NCBI RefSeq assembly: GCF_002051585.1
Contig: NZ_MZGX01000013.1
Coordinates: 70,614-134,613, forward strand
Reading direction: 5' to 3'
DNA length: 64,000 bases
Source of the DNA: Ruminiclostridium hungatei
Lineage (GTDB): Bacteria; Bacillota; Clostridia; Acetivibrionales; DSM-1351
Positions 29,783-41,100 of this stretch are shown one piece after another. Under the pieces are notes generated by a model, which was not told where the DNA came from, did not search any database, and saw nothing but the letters and a program-made list of their open reading frames with translations. The position numbers were made by a program, and so were the translations under genes. Numbering within the stretch: position 1 is the stretch's first letter; the number at the start of each line of letters is the position of its first letter.

Positions 29783-31645
29783 TCAACGGACCGGGTGCAA
29801 TTGCCGTTTCCACGCGCCGCCCCCGCTGGTGCCGGCATAAATGCTTTCACCATATATTCCGAAGGCATATACATCCATATTTTCAAGTCCGTAACCAGCC
29901 TCTTTCCAGCTTTCCCCACTGTCCCGGGATAAAAATATCCCTCCCCCGTCAGTTGCCGCAAAAATGGTTTCAGCTCTCACAGCCAGAGCATTGATATTTT
30001 TATTTGTGAGACCGGAATTCACAGTCTGCCAGCTTTTGCCGCCCCCTGACAGGACAAAGACTCCGTCGCCGGGAGTTGCCGCAAATATATGGTTTCCGCT
30101 GACGGCAAGGGAAAATATCTGGGTATTTGTCAGTCCGGAGTTAACCGACCTCCAGCTTTCTCCTCCGTTCTCCGAAAGAAAGACTCCTCCTCCGAAGGTT
30201 CCCGCATATATGTTTTTGCCCAGCACTGCAAGAGAACCCGCATTTAAGTTTGTCATGCCTGAATTGACAGGGCTCCAGCTTGTGCCACCGTCTCTTGATA
30301 CAAATACGCCTCCCCCCAGGGTTCCTGCGTAAATATCCGAACCGCTGACCGCAAGAGAATATACATATTTGTTTGTGAGCCCTGTACTGGCTTCTTTCCA
30401 GCTAATACCGCCGTTCTCCGAAATAAAAACTCCGCTTCCGCTGGTACCGGCGAAAACCCGGGTGTCGCTCACGGCAATGGAAAAAACATACGGATTATCC
30501 AGGCCGGAGTTGACTGCCTTCCAGCTTTCTCCTCCATTCCCTGAAAAGAAAATACCTGCGCCGTTGGTGCCGGCATAAATACCTTCGGTCCCCAGGCCGG
30601 CAAAAGCACCCACGTGAGTATTTGCCAGGCCGGAATTTGCCGTCCGCCAGCTCTTTCCGTCATTGTCCGAGATATATACACCGCCTCCATTGGTACCTGC
30701 GAAAACATTTGTGCCGTTCACCTCCAGAGAATATACAAATCTGCTTGTCAGACCGGAATTAACCGCCTCCCAGCTTTCTCCCCCATTTGAAGAAATATAG
30801 ATACCCTCTTCGGTTCCCGCAAAAATATTTTTGCCGCCTTCACAAAGGGCATGCACATTTTTGCTTGCAAGGCCGGTATTTGCCGCCTTCCAGCTTTCTC
30901 CACCGTTTGTGGAAATAAAAATACCCTCTCCGTAGGTCCCGGCATATATGGTTGTTCCGCTTGCCTCCAGTGAAATCACCTGGGTGCTTTTAATGCCTGA
31001 ATTAGCCGTCTTCCAGCTCCTGCCGTCATCTGCCGACACAAGTACCCCGCTGTCCTCAGTCCCCGCAAGGATTTTATTTCCGCTGCATACTATGTCGTTC
31101 ACGCTGACAGCCGTAAGTCCGGTAGGAGCCGCACTCCAAGCCTGGCCATGGCCGGACAGGAGAAAAACTCCGTAGCTGGTTCCCGCAAAAATATTATCCC
31201 CCGCCGCTGCAAGGGAGTACACAAAAATATTTGAAAGTGCCGTATCAAGCAATTTCCAGCTTTCACCGCCATCACCGGATATAAATACTCCGCTGGCTGT
31301 TCCGGCAAGAATTTTTGAACCGCTGACCGCAAGAGAATATACATTTTTTACTGTAAGTCCGGAATTGACTTCACTCCAGCTTTCACCGCCGTCTTCTGAA
31401 CGAAAAATGCCCCTGCCTTCGGTTCCTGCAAAAATATTTTTTCCGTCAGCAGCAAAGCAATGTATGTAACCGCCATAGGGCCCGCTTGTCTGAACCCACT
31501 GTGCGGATTGAGACATATGGGGTAATATTAAAAAAACAAAAACAAGCAGCAGAATAAGCACAAATGACAGGATTGCTCCCGGCACAAGCGGCCCTTTAAG
31601 CTTCCTTGTGTTCTTCTCCAGGCTTTTCTCCATGATCTCCTCCAC
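29783..31645 (-). CDS. membrane-anchored BNR/Asp-box repeat beta-propeller protein (Ycf48/sortilin-like)
   Basis: N-terminal TM segment, then about 14 copies of a ~44-aa unit containing S-x-DGG-x-SW (the Asp-box). Confidence 0.7.
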   Translation of the reverse strand: MEEIMEKSLEKNTRKLKGPLVPGAILSFVLILLLVFVFLILPHMSQSAQWVQTSGPYGGYIHCFAADGKNIFAGTEGRGIFRSEDGGESWSEVNSGLTVKNVYSLAVSGSKILAGTASGVFISGDGGESWKLLDTALSNIFVYSLAAAGDNIFAGTSYGVFLLSGHGQAWSAAPTGLTAVSVNDIVCSGNKILAGTEDSGVLVSADDGRSWKTANSGIKSTQVISLEASGTTIYAGTYGEGIFISTNGGESWKAANTGLASKNVHALCEGGKNIFAGTEEGIYISSNGGESWEAVNSGLTSRFVYSLEVNGTNVFAGTNGGGVYISDNDGKSWRTANSGLANTHVGAFAGLGTEGIYAGTNGAGIFFSGNGGESWKAVNSGLDNPYVFSIAVSDTRVFAGTSGSGVFISENGGISWKEASTGLTNKYVYSLAVSGSDIYAGTLGGGVFVSRDGGTSWSPVNSGMTNLNAGSLAVLGKNIYAGTFGGGVFLSENGGESWRSVNSGLTNTQIFSLAVSGNHIFAATPGDGVFVLSGGGKSWQTVNSGLTNKNINALAVRAETIFAATDGGGIFLSRDSGESWKEAGYGLENMDVYAFGIYGESIYAGTSGGGAWKRQLHPVR

Positions 31646-31769
31646 GTATAAATCATCCTTGTATTTCTATCATTACATATATCATATTTAACCATAATTC
31701 ACTGAAAATCAGACCTGCTTCAATCGAAAAAGCCGCCCGTTTAAACAGGCGGCTGTAATTTTTTTGATA

Positions 31770-32414
31770 TTAATACTGCGCGAAACCAAGACCGCGGTTC
31801 TTAAGATTTTTGATGACTGTAGGTAAAGCTGAAATTGTGTTTGCAGGCCAATCATGGAACAATGGGTTGCCTCCGGCCTGAAGGTTGTTTACGTTTGTTA
31901 TGATCTGCTGTGCGGTTGCTCCGTTCCAGTCATTTGAGTAAACGGTAGGAGTGACGATTGAAAGTCCTAACGCAGAACATGCAGACTGGATTGTGGAATT
32001 ACTCTCCAGATATGGAAGCCTTATCTTGGTTGGCTTGGCTTTACCTGCGCTCTGAATGGTCTGATTGCACTTGTTCAGATCATTGTATACCTGCTGGTAG
32101 CTCCAACTGGTCATGTGCTGGTGAGTGTAGCTGTGGTTCTGGATGCTGAAGCCTGATGACTTGTAAGCATTCCAGCCTGTTTGGTTGCTGGCGATATTCT
32201 GTCCTATTACAAAGAAGGTAGCCTGATATACTCCATTGTTTTTCAGAGTATTTACCATGTTCTGGGAGGTGCCGTTATTCGGTCCATCGTCAAACGTAAG
32301 GTAGACACTGCCCGCTGCCTGTACGCCTACTGTGGACAGGAAAAACGTAAACACCATAAAAACTGACAAAAATACCGCAATTCTTTTTTGTTTCATTTGA
32401 AAAAACCTCCTCAA
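31770..32414 (-). CDS. secreted polysaccharide deacetylase (NodB homology domain)
   Basis: Signal peptide. NodB motif 1 YLTFDDGP. His motif in ...HSYTHQH. Confidence 0.8.
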   Translation of the reverse strand: MRRFFQMKQKRIAVFLSVFMVFTFFLSTVGVQAAGSVYLTFDDGPNNGTSQNMVNTLKNNGVYQATFFVIGQNIASNQTGWNAYKSSGFSIQNHSYTHQHMTSWSYQQVYNDLNKCNQTIQSAGKAKPTKIRLPYLESNSTIQSACSALGLSIVTPTVYSNDWNGATAQQIITNVNNLQAGGNPLFHDWPANTISALPTVIKNLKNRGLGFAQY

Positions 32415-32601
32415 ATTTTTTCTGCTGAAATTTGAAAGTAGTACCGAAGTTATACTTTCATAGTAATATTTTACTATTTAGTATATTTTATGTCAATTGA
32501 TTTTCCACATTTCGGCAGTGCCTCTTAGCAGGGTATTTTCAGACATTTTATGATATTTTGCGACAATTTCCCACTCTTTATATTGACTCTCAAATACAAG
32601 G

Positions 32602-33474
32602 TTAGCTTTTTATAACCGGTATCCATAGCTCACTTCGAAATACCGGCGATGTAACCTCCTTATGCTCATTCCACAGTATCTCCGGCCCTTCTGCCTGCTC
32701 ATAGCCCGAGGACGGAAACCATTCGGAATATATGCGTCCCCACACCTTCTGCAAGGTGTCCGGGAACGGCCCCACCGCTTCAAAAACAGCCCACTTTGAG
32801 GCGGACACCTCAAGCATTTCCATGCCGGACGGACATTTCTCCGTTGTGGCTGCGCCGATGTAATGGTCAAGCTCTCCCTTCTCTTCCATTCTGCCTTCCG
32901 AAAAGTTTGCAGATGCACTTATGAGTCCACGGGGCTCAACATTCGACAGCTCTTTCAGCACTGCTATCCTCTCCCCTGTCAGGCTCGCCCACATGGCTGC
33001 GATGTCCGGATTAACCCCATTGAAAACTATTGGAACCCTTTTCTTGATGCCTATAATGCTAAATGCTTCTTTCTCCACTATACGGTAATTCATATTATTT
33101 CCCCCTTTTATTGATAATTGGAAGGTCATGGGAGGATAGGCCTTCAGGGACTGACCATTTTTCCGGGCTTCGGACGGCGTTATCCCATGTAGCCCCTGAA
33201 AGGCTCTTGTAAAAGAATCAGGTGAACCGTATCCGTATTTTACCGCCAGATCAATTATTCTGACACTGCTGTCATTCAGTTCAAGAGCTGCAAGGGTGAG
33301 CCGCCTGCGGCGGATGTACTCAGACAGCGTGATGCCTGACAGAAAGGAAAACATCCTCTGAAAATGGTATTCAGAGCAGGCAGCCAGTCTTGCAACTGCC
33401 TTCATATCGATTTCATTTTCAAGGTTTTCTTCTATATAGCGCAATGCATGGTTCAGTCTTTCCAGTGAATCCAT
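32602..33474 (-). CDS. AraC-family transcriptional regulator with GyrI-like effector domain
   Basis: HTH_AraC: [15 protein letters not shown]...[28 protein letters not shown]. Start set at MDSLERL with GGAGG RBS. Confidence 0.8.
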   Translation of the reverse strand: MDSLERLNHALRYIEENLENEIDMKAVARLAACSEYHFQRMFSFLSGITLSEYIRRRRLTLAALELNDSSVRIIDLAVKYGYGSPDSFTRAFQGLHGITPSEARKNGQSLKAYPPMTFQLSIKGGNNMNYRIVEKEAFSIIGIKKRVPIVFNGVNPDIAAMWASLTGERIAVLKELSNVEPRGLISASANFSEGRMEEKGELDHYIGAATTEKCPSGMEMLEVSASKWAVFEAVGPFPDTLQKVWGRIYSEWFPSSGYEQAEGPEILWNEHKEVTSPVFRSELWIPVIKS

Positions 33475-33794
33475 ATTCCAACCTCCCTTCATCAATATAG
33501 TAGCAGGATATGCTTGCGTCCTTCCGACATTTCCTGTACGGGATTTGCAGGAGCAGGCGGCGGGATGGATATTGCAGAAAAAGCCGCCGTATGTAAATGG
33601 TGGTTATAGCTCAATACAGGAATTATCTCCAGCCCGGACGGATTAAATCTTCTCGTTCCCCCCAGGTAGGGTGAAGTATGGAAGACTGACTTGATTTCAG
33701 AATCGTCACAATAATTACTGGGTGTTCAAATCATAATCAACACTTAATGTCATAGGTTCAATGGCATATATTTTTTACGTTCCACTCAGCCAAA

Positions 33795-35009
33795 CTAATC
33801 AAAATATTTTATGTACCGAATTTCGCTATTCAAACGGTCTTCCTGAAAAATATGTTTAAATAAATCCAGAAAATAATCATCCGTCATACTGGCAATAAAA
33901 TCCGTTACAATATCATGCTCGTCAGCGATAATTTTTCTACTGTCATCCTCACGGTAACAGCTTCCCTGTATAGGATGATTTAAATAATGCTTGAAAATAA
34001 TTGAATTGAAATCTCGTTTTAAAATGTCATCTATAAACTTTTTATATATTTTCTCCATCATTGGCTTAACTATATTATCATAAGGTTCAACCACCTTTGG
34101 ACTATTATATATTTTACTTGTATTATCATCGTATATGGTTTTAATATCAAGAAATACTTCCTGATCCATTGAAATAAACGGTTTGCCCAAACTATTCTTT
34201 ACAATGTCAGTTATCACATCATTAATAATACCTGCATTTTTACCATCAAGATATTTGCCTGGTTTGAAATCTTTTACTTCAAAACTTGCCTTTTTTGCAT
34301 CTTGCCGGTCTTTTCCTACATATGCGAGCATATCACTTATTCTGACAACACAGCCTTCCAGTGTTGCAGGATGCAATTTTTTAATATATTCGCTATCTTT
34401 ATAGCAGTTCTCCAATATATCAATATATTCTTCAAAAGTTTTAAGTCCACTTGGGTGATATTCTTTAAACGCTTTTTCTCCATTGTGACATAGGATACCA
34501 TCCAATGTTTGTAACGTCAGATTTGTTCTCAAGATTGTCCTGAAAACCCTCACACTGTGGACATTATGATTAAACAGCCTGCCTGTATTTTGAAAGTATA
34601 GGTTGTTTAAATAAGCTTCTCCCCTGTGACCAAAAGGCGTATGGCCCATATCATGTCCTAATGCTATTGCCTCAATAAGGTCAAGGTTTAGCTTTAATGC
34701 ATGGCCTATAGTCCGTCCGATACGTGAAACCAGTTGGACATGCAGGGCACGCCTGGTGATATCATCATTTTTGTAAAATGAAAAAACTTGTGTTTTATCT
34801 GTATATCTATTATACTGCAAACTGTTGATAATTTTGTCACAGTCGACTGCGTAAGGCGATCTTATGGAATCATTATCAGTCTTTGAGGAAAACTCACGAA
34901 CACTTTGTGCAGACCTGCACGCATATGGCGATAGAAAATCATCATAACTATCCATTATGTCTTTTAGCTGTTTCTTTTGCTCTATGTTGAATTCGAAATA
35001 ATCATCCAT
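33795..35009 (-). CDS. dGTP triphosphohydrolase-like HD-domain phosphohydrolase (Dgt family)
   Basis: RSPYAVDCDKIINS...(R)TRALHVQLVSRIGRTIG...IEAIALGHDMGHTPFGHRGE matches the Dgt family HD core. Confidence 0.8.
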   Translation of the reverse strand: MDDYFEFNIEQKKQLKDIMDSYDDFLSPYACRSAQSVREFSSKTDNDSIRSPYAVDCDKIINSLQYNRYTDKTQVFSFYKNDDITRRALHVQLVSRIGRTIGHALKLNLDLIEAIALGHDMGHTPFGHRGEAYLNNLYFQNTGRLFNHNVHSVRVFRTILRTNLTLQTLDGILCHNGEKAFKEYHPSGLKTFEEYIDILENCYKDSEYIKKLHPATLEGCVVRISDMLAYVGKDRQDAKKASFEVKDFKPGKYLDGKNAGIINDVITDIVKNSLGKPFISMDQEVFLDIKTIYDDNTSKIYNSPKVVEPYDNIVKPMMEKIYKKFIDDILKRDFNSIIFKHYLNHPIQGSCYREDDSRKIIADEHDIVTDFIASMTDDYFLDLFKHIFQEDRLNSEIRYIKYFD

Positions 35010-35366
35010 AGTATGTTTTTACCTCCGCATATAACCCCTGTGCCTCTTAGAAATTCTTATTCAAATTGAAAAAAGCATTATATAACAGGCAATATTCTTC
35101 AAATAAAGTGAATTACCGGCCTTTTGACCTTTCAGCAGCAACAGGATTATTTTTTATACAGACATTCTATTTGAAAATTCAGGTTAAATCAATCATAAAT
35201 TACCATTATATAGAATTTATTTGAGCAAATTTACATTATACATAACTAGATACCTTTAAAACTGTCCTCTCATAAAAATAGCACTCCTCCATAATTTTTG
35301 TGATTATGAAGGAATGCTATATGATATTATATGAAGCTTTCAAGCATTATAGGCAAAGTAGTTATT

Positions 35367-35897
35367 TCAACCAATGCTGTCACTATACTCTTTGGAAAAA
35401 GCCATATTGGCATGGTAGGAGAGATTACTTTTTGTTTCATTGACATGACAATACACATCCTCAATATTTTGCAGTCCAAACGCATTTTGTAATTCATTTA
35501 CTGCCGCCTCAACCCTTTTATTATAATCCCAGTCATCAAGTTGCTGCTTCCTAATCTCATCAATGAATTCTTCAAATTTGTCTTTGGGCGCATAGCTTAT
35601 ATATTCTAAAGCAGATGCATCTTTACAGGAAATAACAAGACTCAAAAAGTCTATCAGATTCCTTCCAACCAACTCCACATAATGTCCAGGCATCATAGGA
35701 CTTACCACATAAACCGGTGAGTTTTCAAGCTCCTTTTCACCTTTGATAATGCAATAATGAATTCCGTCGGTGCCAAGCTGAGCAAAGATAACCGCATTTA
35801 GCGGGGTACAAAAGTAATGCGGAAAATCCTTTGCAAGCAAAAGTCCTAAAGCATTTAATTCTTTTTCTGCCTGGTATAATCTATCTAAAGTCTCCAT
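35367..35897 (-). CDS. hypothetical protein
   Basis: 176-aa ORF with no recognised motifs. Immediately downstream of repeat copy A. Confidence 0.45.
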   Translation of the reverse strand: METLDRLYQAEKELNALGLLLAKDFPHYFCTPLNAVIFAQLGTDGIHYCIIKGEKELENSPVYVVSPMMPGHYVELVGRNLIDFLSLVISCKDASALEYISYAPKDKFEEFIDEIRKQQLDDWDYNKRVEAAVNELQNAFGLQNIEDVYCHVNETKSNLSYHANMAFSKEYSDSIG

Positions 35898-35923
35898 ATC
35901 ACAACCTCTTTCAAGCTTTAGTC

Positions 35924-35979
35924 AGCGTCCACCCATAAGCGGTATTTACCACAATTCAGGCATCTGAATAAATACCCTT
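35924..35979 (+). repeat. 56-bp direct repeat, copy A (52/56 identical to 62052..62107)
   Basis: Aligned by eye with 4 mismatches. On the minus strand it encodes the remnant ...GYLFRCLNCGKYRLWVDAD*. Confidence 0.6.
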
Positions 35980-36134
35980 ACTTCTTTCTCTAGCTCTTCT
36001 TGGCATATCATTATCCTCTTTGACCCTTTTGGCTTATTGTACCATAGTCAAAGAAACAAGGGAACCGTCCCCTTGTTTCTCTCAGAAAAAACAAAAAGCA
36101 TCAACAATGTTGATGCTTTGACCTGTTAAAAACT

Positions 36135-36485
36135 CTAAAATAGCAGTTTGCTATAAATATGCAATAATATAACGACTAAAGTTAAAATGCTTACTACTAT
36201 ATGTATATTTCTTTTTGTCAGACTGGATTTTGAATATTTCGTTAATATACCAAAGACAGTTATTATAAGTAGTAATAGTAATGACAAATATCCAAATGTA
36301 AATTTAATACTTAAGCTTGATAATAGTGAATGAAATATACCAATTGCAACGGCAAAAAAACCAATAAAGCAATGTGATTTTTTGGCAATACGCTTTATGC
36401 TATATAGTTTCGACGCTTTCAGTATACTAAAAGTTATACCTGCCATAAAAAAAAGCAATGAGAGAAATCCCGTAATTAATGACAT
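36135..36485 (-). CDS. small membrane protein (3-4 TM)
   Basis: 116 aa, strongly hydrophobic. Sits downstream of ApbE in the same orientation. Confidence 0.45.
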   Translation of the reverse strand: MSLITGFLSLLFFMAGITFSILKASKLYSIKRIAKKSHCFIGFFAVAIGIFHSLLSSLSIKFTFGYLSLLLLLIITVFGILTKYSKSSLTKRNIHIVVSILTLVVILLHIYSKLLF

Positions 36486-36503
36486 TCTGCCTCCAGAAAG
36501 TAT

Positions 36504-37469
36504 TCAATCTGCAGCATAACAACTAAAACCCCAATTCTGTTCGGTTAAGTAAAAGGATGGTTGTATGCCTTTTGTCAAATATATTTCGTTATCTTTTGTT
36601 ACCAATATTGCTTCAGCAGCACTGGATTTTTTAATCAATTGAATCCCATCCTCCAAGCCCATTACAAAGGCGGCCGTCGATAATGCATCTGCTTGCATGG
36701 AGTTCTCACAAATCACAGTAGCACTTACCATATCAGATTGTGATGGCCACCCTGTTCTATTATCCAATATATGATGATATCTCTTACTGTCAACTTCAAA
36801 ATACCTTTCGTAGGGGCCGGAGGTAACTACAGACTTATCTGAAGCTAAAACTACTCCGAAATGAACACCTCTTTGCTTATAGGGGTGTTGGATACCTATA
36901 GCCCAGTCATCCCCCTCGGGCTTCTTTCCCAATGTTTTAACATTACCTCCAAAGTTTATAAAGGCTGACTCTACACCCATTAACTTGTATAGTTCAACAC
37001 ATATATCAGCCGCAAAGCCTTTACCTATGCCTCCAAGATCAACCGCAGAGCCTTGCTTCTCAAGATAAGCCGTATTAGTTGCATTATCAATGTGCATGCT
37101 TTTGTAGCCGACATGTTCCATTAGCTCTTTTATTTCACTTTCACAAGGCACCCGGTCAAGCCTCCCACAATGTCTCCAGTAATCAATTACCGGTGCTAAT
37201 GTTATATCAAAAGCTCCGTTTGAGAGCTCAGAAAATTTATATGCCTCACTTAGAACATGAATAACCTCTGAGCTCAGATTTACCTTTTCTTTTCCAGCCA
37301 CTTCGTTTAATTTAGAAATATCACTGTCTTCTTTGAAAAAACTCATCAAATTTTCTAAACGGTTTATTTCATTAACTACCTTTTTGTATACATCAATGGG
37401 ATTTTTACAGTATATTTTCTGTTCCACAATTGTATTCATAAAATAGTCTTGAGTTTCAAAGCAATCCAT
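36504..37469 (-). CDS. apbE: FAD:protein FMN transferase (ApbE family)
   Basis: ApbE-family length and motifs (…FDITLAPVIDYW…, …SVVTSGPYERY…, …ALSTAAFV…). Confidence 0.75.
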   Translation of the reverse strand: MDCFETQDYFMNTIVEQKIYCKNPIDVYKKVVNEINRLENLMSFFKEDSDISKLNEVAGKEKVNLSSEVIHVLSEAYKFSELSNGAFDITLAPVIDYWRHCGRLDRVPCESEIKELMEHVGYKSMHIDNATNTAYLEKQGSAVDLGGIGKGFAADICVELYKLMGVESAFINFGGNVKTLGKKPEGDDWAIGIQHPYKQRGVHFGVVLASDKSVVTSGPYERYFEVDSKRYHHILDNRTGWPSQSDMVSATVICENSMQADALSTAAFVMGLEDGIQLIKKSSAAEAILVTKDNEIYLTKGIQPSFYLTEQNWGFSCYAAD

Positions 37470-37584
37470 GTTTTATTTAACCTTCCTTTTATTAATTCAC
37501 TTAAAAATAAACTGCTCTGAAAATCATTCAGCTTTATGTAGGTTCAGTTATAAAGCAACGGTTGAACTTATCCATCTGATAAGT

Positions 37585-38028
37585 TTATTTAGCGTCTGAT
37601 TGTTTCACAGTTTCGTCCGACTGGCTTACATTATCAGTTGCTTCGCTTAAAGCATTGTCAATGGCCTTAAGTATCACCTTGCTGCTATTTGTAGCTCCTG
37701 AGATAGTATCAACCTTAAGTGATTGTGCAGCAATAACCTTATCAGTAATAGCTTCGCCTTTCAGACCCCTTTCATTTTTATGCTTGTCAAGCTTGATTTC
37801 CTTAATCTTATTTCCTTCTACTGTTACACTTACGTCAGCAGCGACCAATATTGCATCATAGGAACCTTTATAAATACCATCCGGAAGCTTAGAAATATTT
37901 GGGCTTGAAATGACTATCTCCGAGATAAGCTTTTTATACTTCCAAGTTTGATATAAGTACCTTCCACCTAAAATTCCGACTGAAATCACTGCAATGCAGA
38001 CTACTCCAAGGATAACTTTCTTATACAT
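37585..38028 (-). CDS. membrane-anchored FMN-binding domain protein (flavinylation target)
   Basis: N-terminal TM helix. FMN_bind motif with flavinylated-Thr context DTISGATNSS. Confidence 0.65.
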   Translation of the reverse strand: MYKKVILGVVCIAVISVGILGGRYLYQTWKYKKLISEIVISSPNISKLPDGIYKGSYDAILVAADVSVTVEGNKIKEIKLDKHKNERGLKGEAITDKVIAAQSLKVDTISGATNSSKVILKAIDNALSEATDNVSQSDETVKQSDAK

Positions 38029-38199
38029 TTTACTCCTCTTTTCCTAAATATATTTTAATAGAATTAGTAAATCCATACTTAACTTATTCGATTATATGAA
38101 AAATTAATACATTTTGTCCATTATTTTCATATATAATTTCTAATTACAAGTGTGAGAATTTCAAATTTATTTTTACACTTGTAATTTAACCAACCTGCT

Positions 38200-41100
38200 C
38201 TATATTTTGCTTAAATCTCTCCTTAAACCTTCAATGCTGCACGCCTTTGCCTCCCCACTTATAGCCTCCTGAGTATTTAACTTTTTCAGAGCCAGTCTTG
38301 CAGAAGCTTCTTTAAAATCAACCAATTCATTTGTGCTGGCAAAATTGTTTGTTTTTTCCTCTGAGTACTCATTATTATCAGCTTCTAGTGATTCATCTTT
38401 AAAAGATACCTTGTATTCTGAATTCTCAAAAGGATATGTGGGTAATGGTACCCTTCTGGCTTTATGCCAGCTCAGCTTCGAGGGATTATAACTCACACCT
38501 GTTGTGTAAAGCTTGGCCATAACCGCCAGTATTGCTGCTGCACAATTTTGACTCATACTCATTTCAATCCATTGCAAGTTATTAAATTTCATTTTTTCAA
38601 ACTCATTACCTTTAGTCTTGCTACTTCCAAGGTAAACAATCGCTTCATCTTTATTTATGATTTCCTTGCATGAATCTAAGGACAATTTTCCTCTTGCCTC
38701 TCCTCTTATACTGGATACCAGATCAAATATATTAGTCTTGTCAGCAATACCAAGAGGGGTCACAACCGGACAATTTAATTCATAACCGGTACTTTCATCC
38801 AACTCATTATTTTTATAACCAGCCTTGTTTATAAGGAATCTTGCTGCCTGCTTAATAGTAATAATTCCTGCTAAAGCACCTCCTGCTAAAATTGCATTAT
38901 CTTCACAAATAATACTTTTCAGCTTAATTCCAAAATCACATAGCAACGCGCCAAACGCATATTGCAATGCGAAGCTTTCAACAGTTTTTGCCAGCTGGCT
39001 GTCTGGACCGCCTGAGCCTTCTTTTTCAAATATTTGCATACATTTATTATAGGCTTCGGCAAACCCTGAAAAACGTTTAGCTATTTTATCACAATCTTTT
39101 TTATCCAGTTCAAAGCTGCAATCCATTACAAGACTTACCGGTGTTACTCTATTTGGATTGGAACGCCCTTTTATCAACTCTGAGCTTTCCTCACCCTTTT
39201 CAAGCTTAAGAAGCATATCCAGCAGGTGCTCTTTTGAATCAGTAACAATCGCAGTTTTAAACGTTAATTCCTTCTGGGAATTATTCATGGTAAAACAAAT
39301 AGAAGATAAATCAAGCTCAGGCTTCTTTTTCATGTGTGCTATGAGGTTTCCGGCAATTGCTTGAACTATCTTTTCATTCCTGCCCGTCAAGAAAATCACA
39401 TTGTGCTGCCTTTCCTCTTCAGACTCAGTGCCAGTATTTGTTATCAGTGGCGCCTCTTCAAGTATTACATGGGCATTTGTTCCACCAAATCCAAAGGCAT
39501 TTACTCCTGCTCTCAGCGGCGAACCCTCTGCTTTCCATTCTCGCGGCTCCTTGCCAACTACATAAAACGGTGAATTGCTAAAGTCAATATTGGTATTTGG
39601 CTCTTCAAAGTTTATTGTATGCGGGATGGTCTTATTATTTAATGCCAAAACAACTTTTATAAGGCTTATAAGACCTGCCGCCGACAACATATGACCAAGT
39701 GAGGATTTTACTGATCCTACCCCGCAGAAATTCTTTTTTGATGTAAATGAACGCATTGCTTGCGTCATACCTTCAATTTCTATGGGGTCCCCCAAAGGTG
39801 TACCTGTACCATGCGTCTCAATATATGATACTGTTTCCGGATTTATACCTGATGTGATATATGCATTTCTTATTGCCTCAGCCTGCCCCTGTGGCCTGGG
39901 TGCTGTTATTCCCTGAGAGTGTCCGTCATTGTTTATGGCTGATCCCTTTATAACTGCAAAAATATTATCATTGTCCTCTAATGCATACTTTAATGGTTTC
40001 AGAAGTACTGCACTTGCCCCTTCAGACAAAACCATACCATCAGCCCTTTTATCAAAGGGATAACAATTTCCGCTAGGAGACAGGGCAGTAACTCTGCTGA
40101 GGCTCACAAAAGGAGTTGCACTCATATTTAAGTTTACTCCCCCTGCTAAAGCCATTTCTGCCTGCCCTGTTCTCAAACTTTCGCATGCCATATGAAGAGC
40201 TACAAGTGAAGAAGAACACGCCGAGTTAACAATGAGGCTTGGACCTGAAAGGTTAAGGCAATGGCTTACCCGTGCAGCGATTTCGTTTAAACCGCTTCCG
40301 GCCACTGCATCAGCTACCAGCTGTCCAGGATTCAGAACCTGTAAAATGTTTGTCATTAGCTCCCTGCGTTCTTTTGGCTTCATGCCTTTATAAGCTTCAC
40401 TTTGTTCAAGCTTGTTTTTGAGCAGCATATATGTACGGTAGCCTGTAAAGTGCTCCATATATGAGTTTTGTTCACATCCAACAAACACTCCTATTTTATT
40501 TGACTTGTATTTTCCTCCGTATCCCGCCTGTTGAAGAGCTTCCCACGCAATTTGAAGAAATATCCTCTGTTGAGGGTCTGTGGCTTCTGCTTCATTTGGA
40601 GACATTCCGAATAACAGCGGATCAAAATCATAGGGTTTATCTATAAATCCTCCCTTATTGGTGTACGTGGTATGTAACAGTTTTTTGTCGTCGCTGTAGT
40701 TTTCCTCTGCTGACCATCTGTCTTTTGGAACCTCTTTTATAATGCATTTTCCATTTTTTAATATATCCCAGTATTCCTCCAGTGTGTCAGCGCCAGGTAT
40801 TCTTAGCCCTATACCAATGATTGCAATGTCCTGAATATCCTCCTTATTTTTATCAGCAGCATACAAAAGGTTTTCTTCAGCCACCGCCGCTATTTCTCCT
40901 TCAGAAACAGCATATGTTTTTTCAATATAATTTGTAAAAGCTTCCGGTGTCTGGTATTCAAATATTAAAGTGGGGTACAATTCGGCACCAAGTGCTTTAC
41001 TGATTCTGGCTACAATCTTTGTTACATCCAAGGAACTCAAGCCCATTTCAAGGAAATTCATGCCTTCATCAATATTATCAGCATCTGCATTAAGTTCTTC

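Noticed and set aside
29964-31344. Plus-strand ORFs inside the BNR-repeat gene with recurring Pro-rich peptides
   Set aside because: Antisense reading of the periodic Asp-box repeats. These are repeat-induced shadow ORFs.
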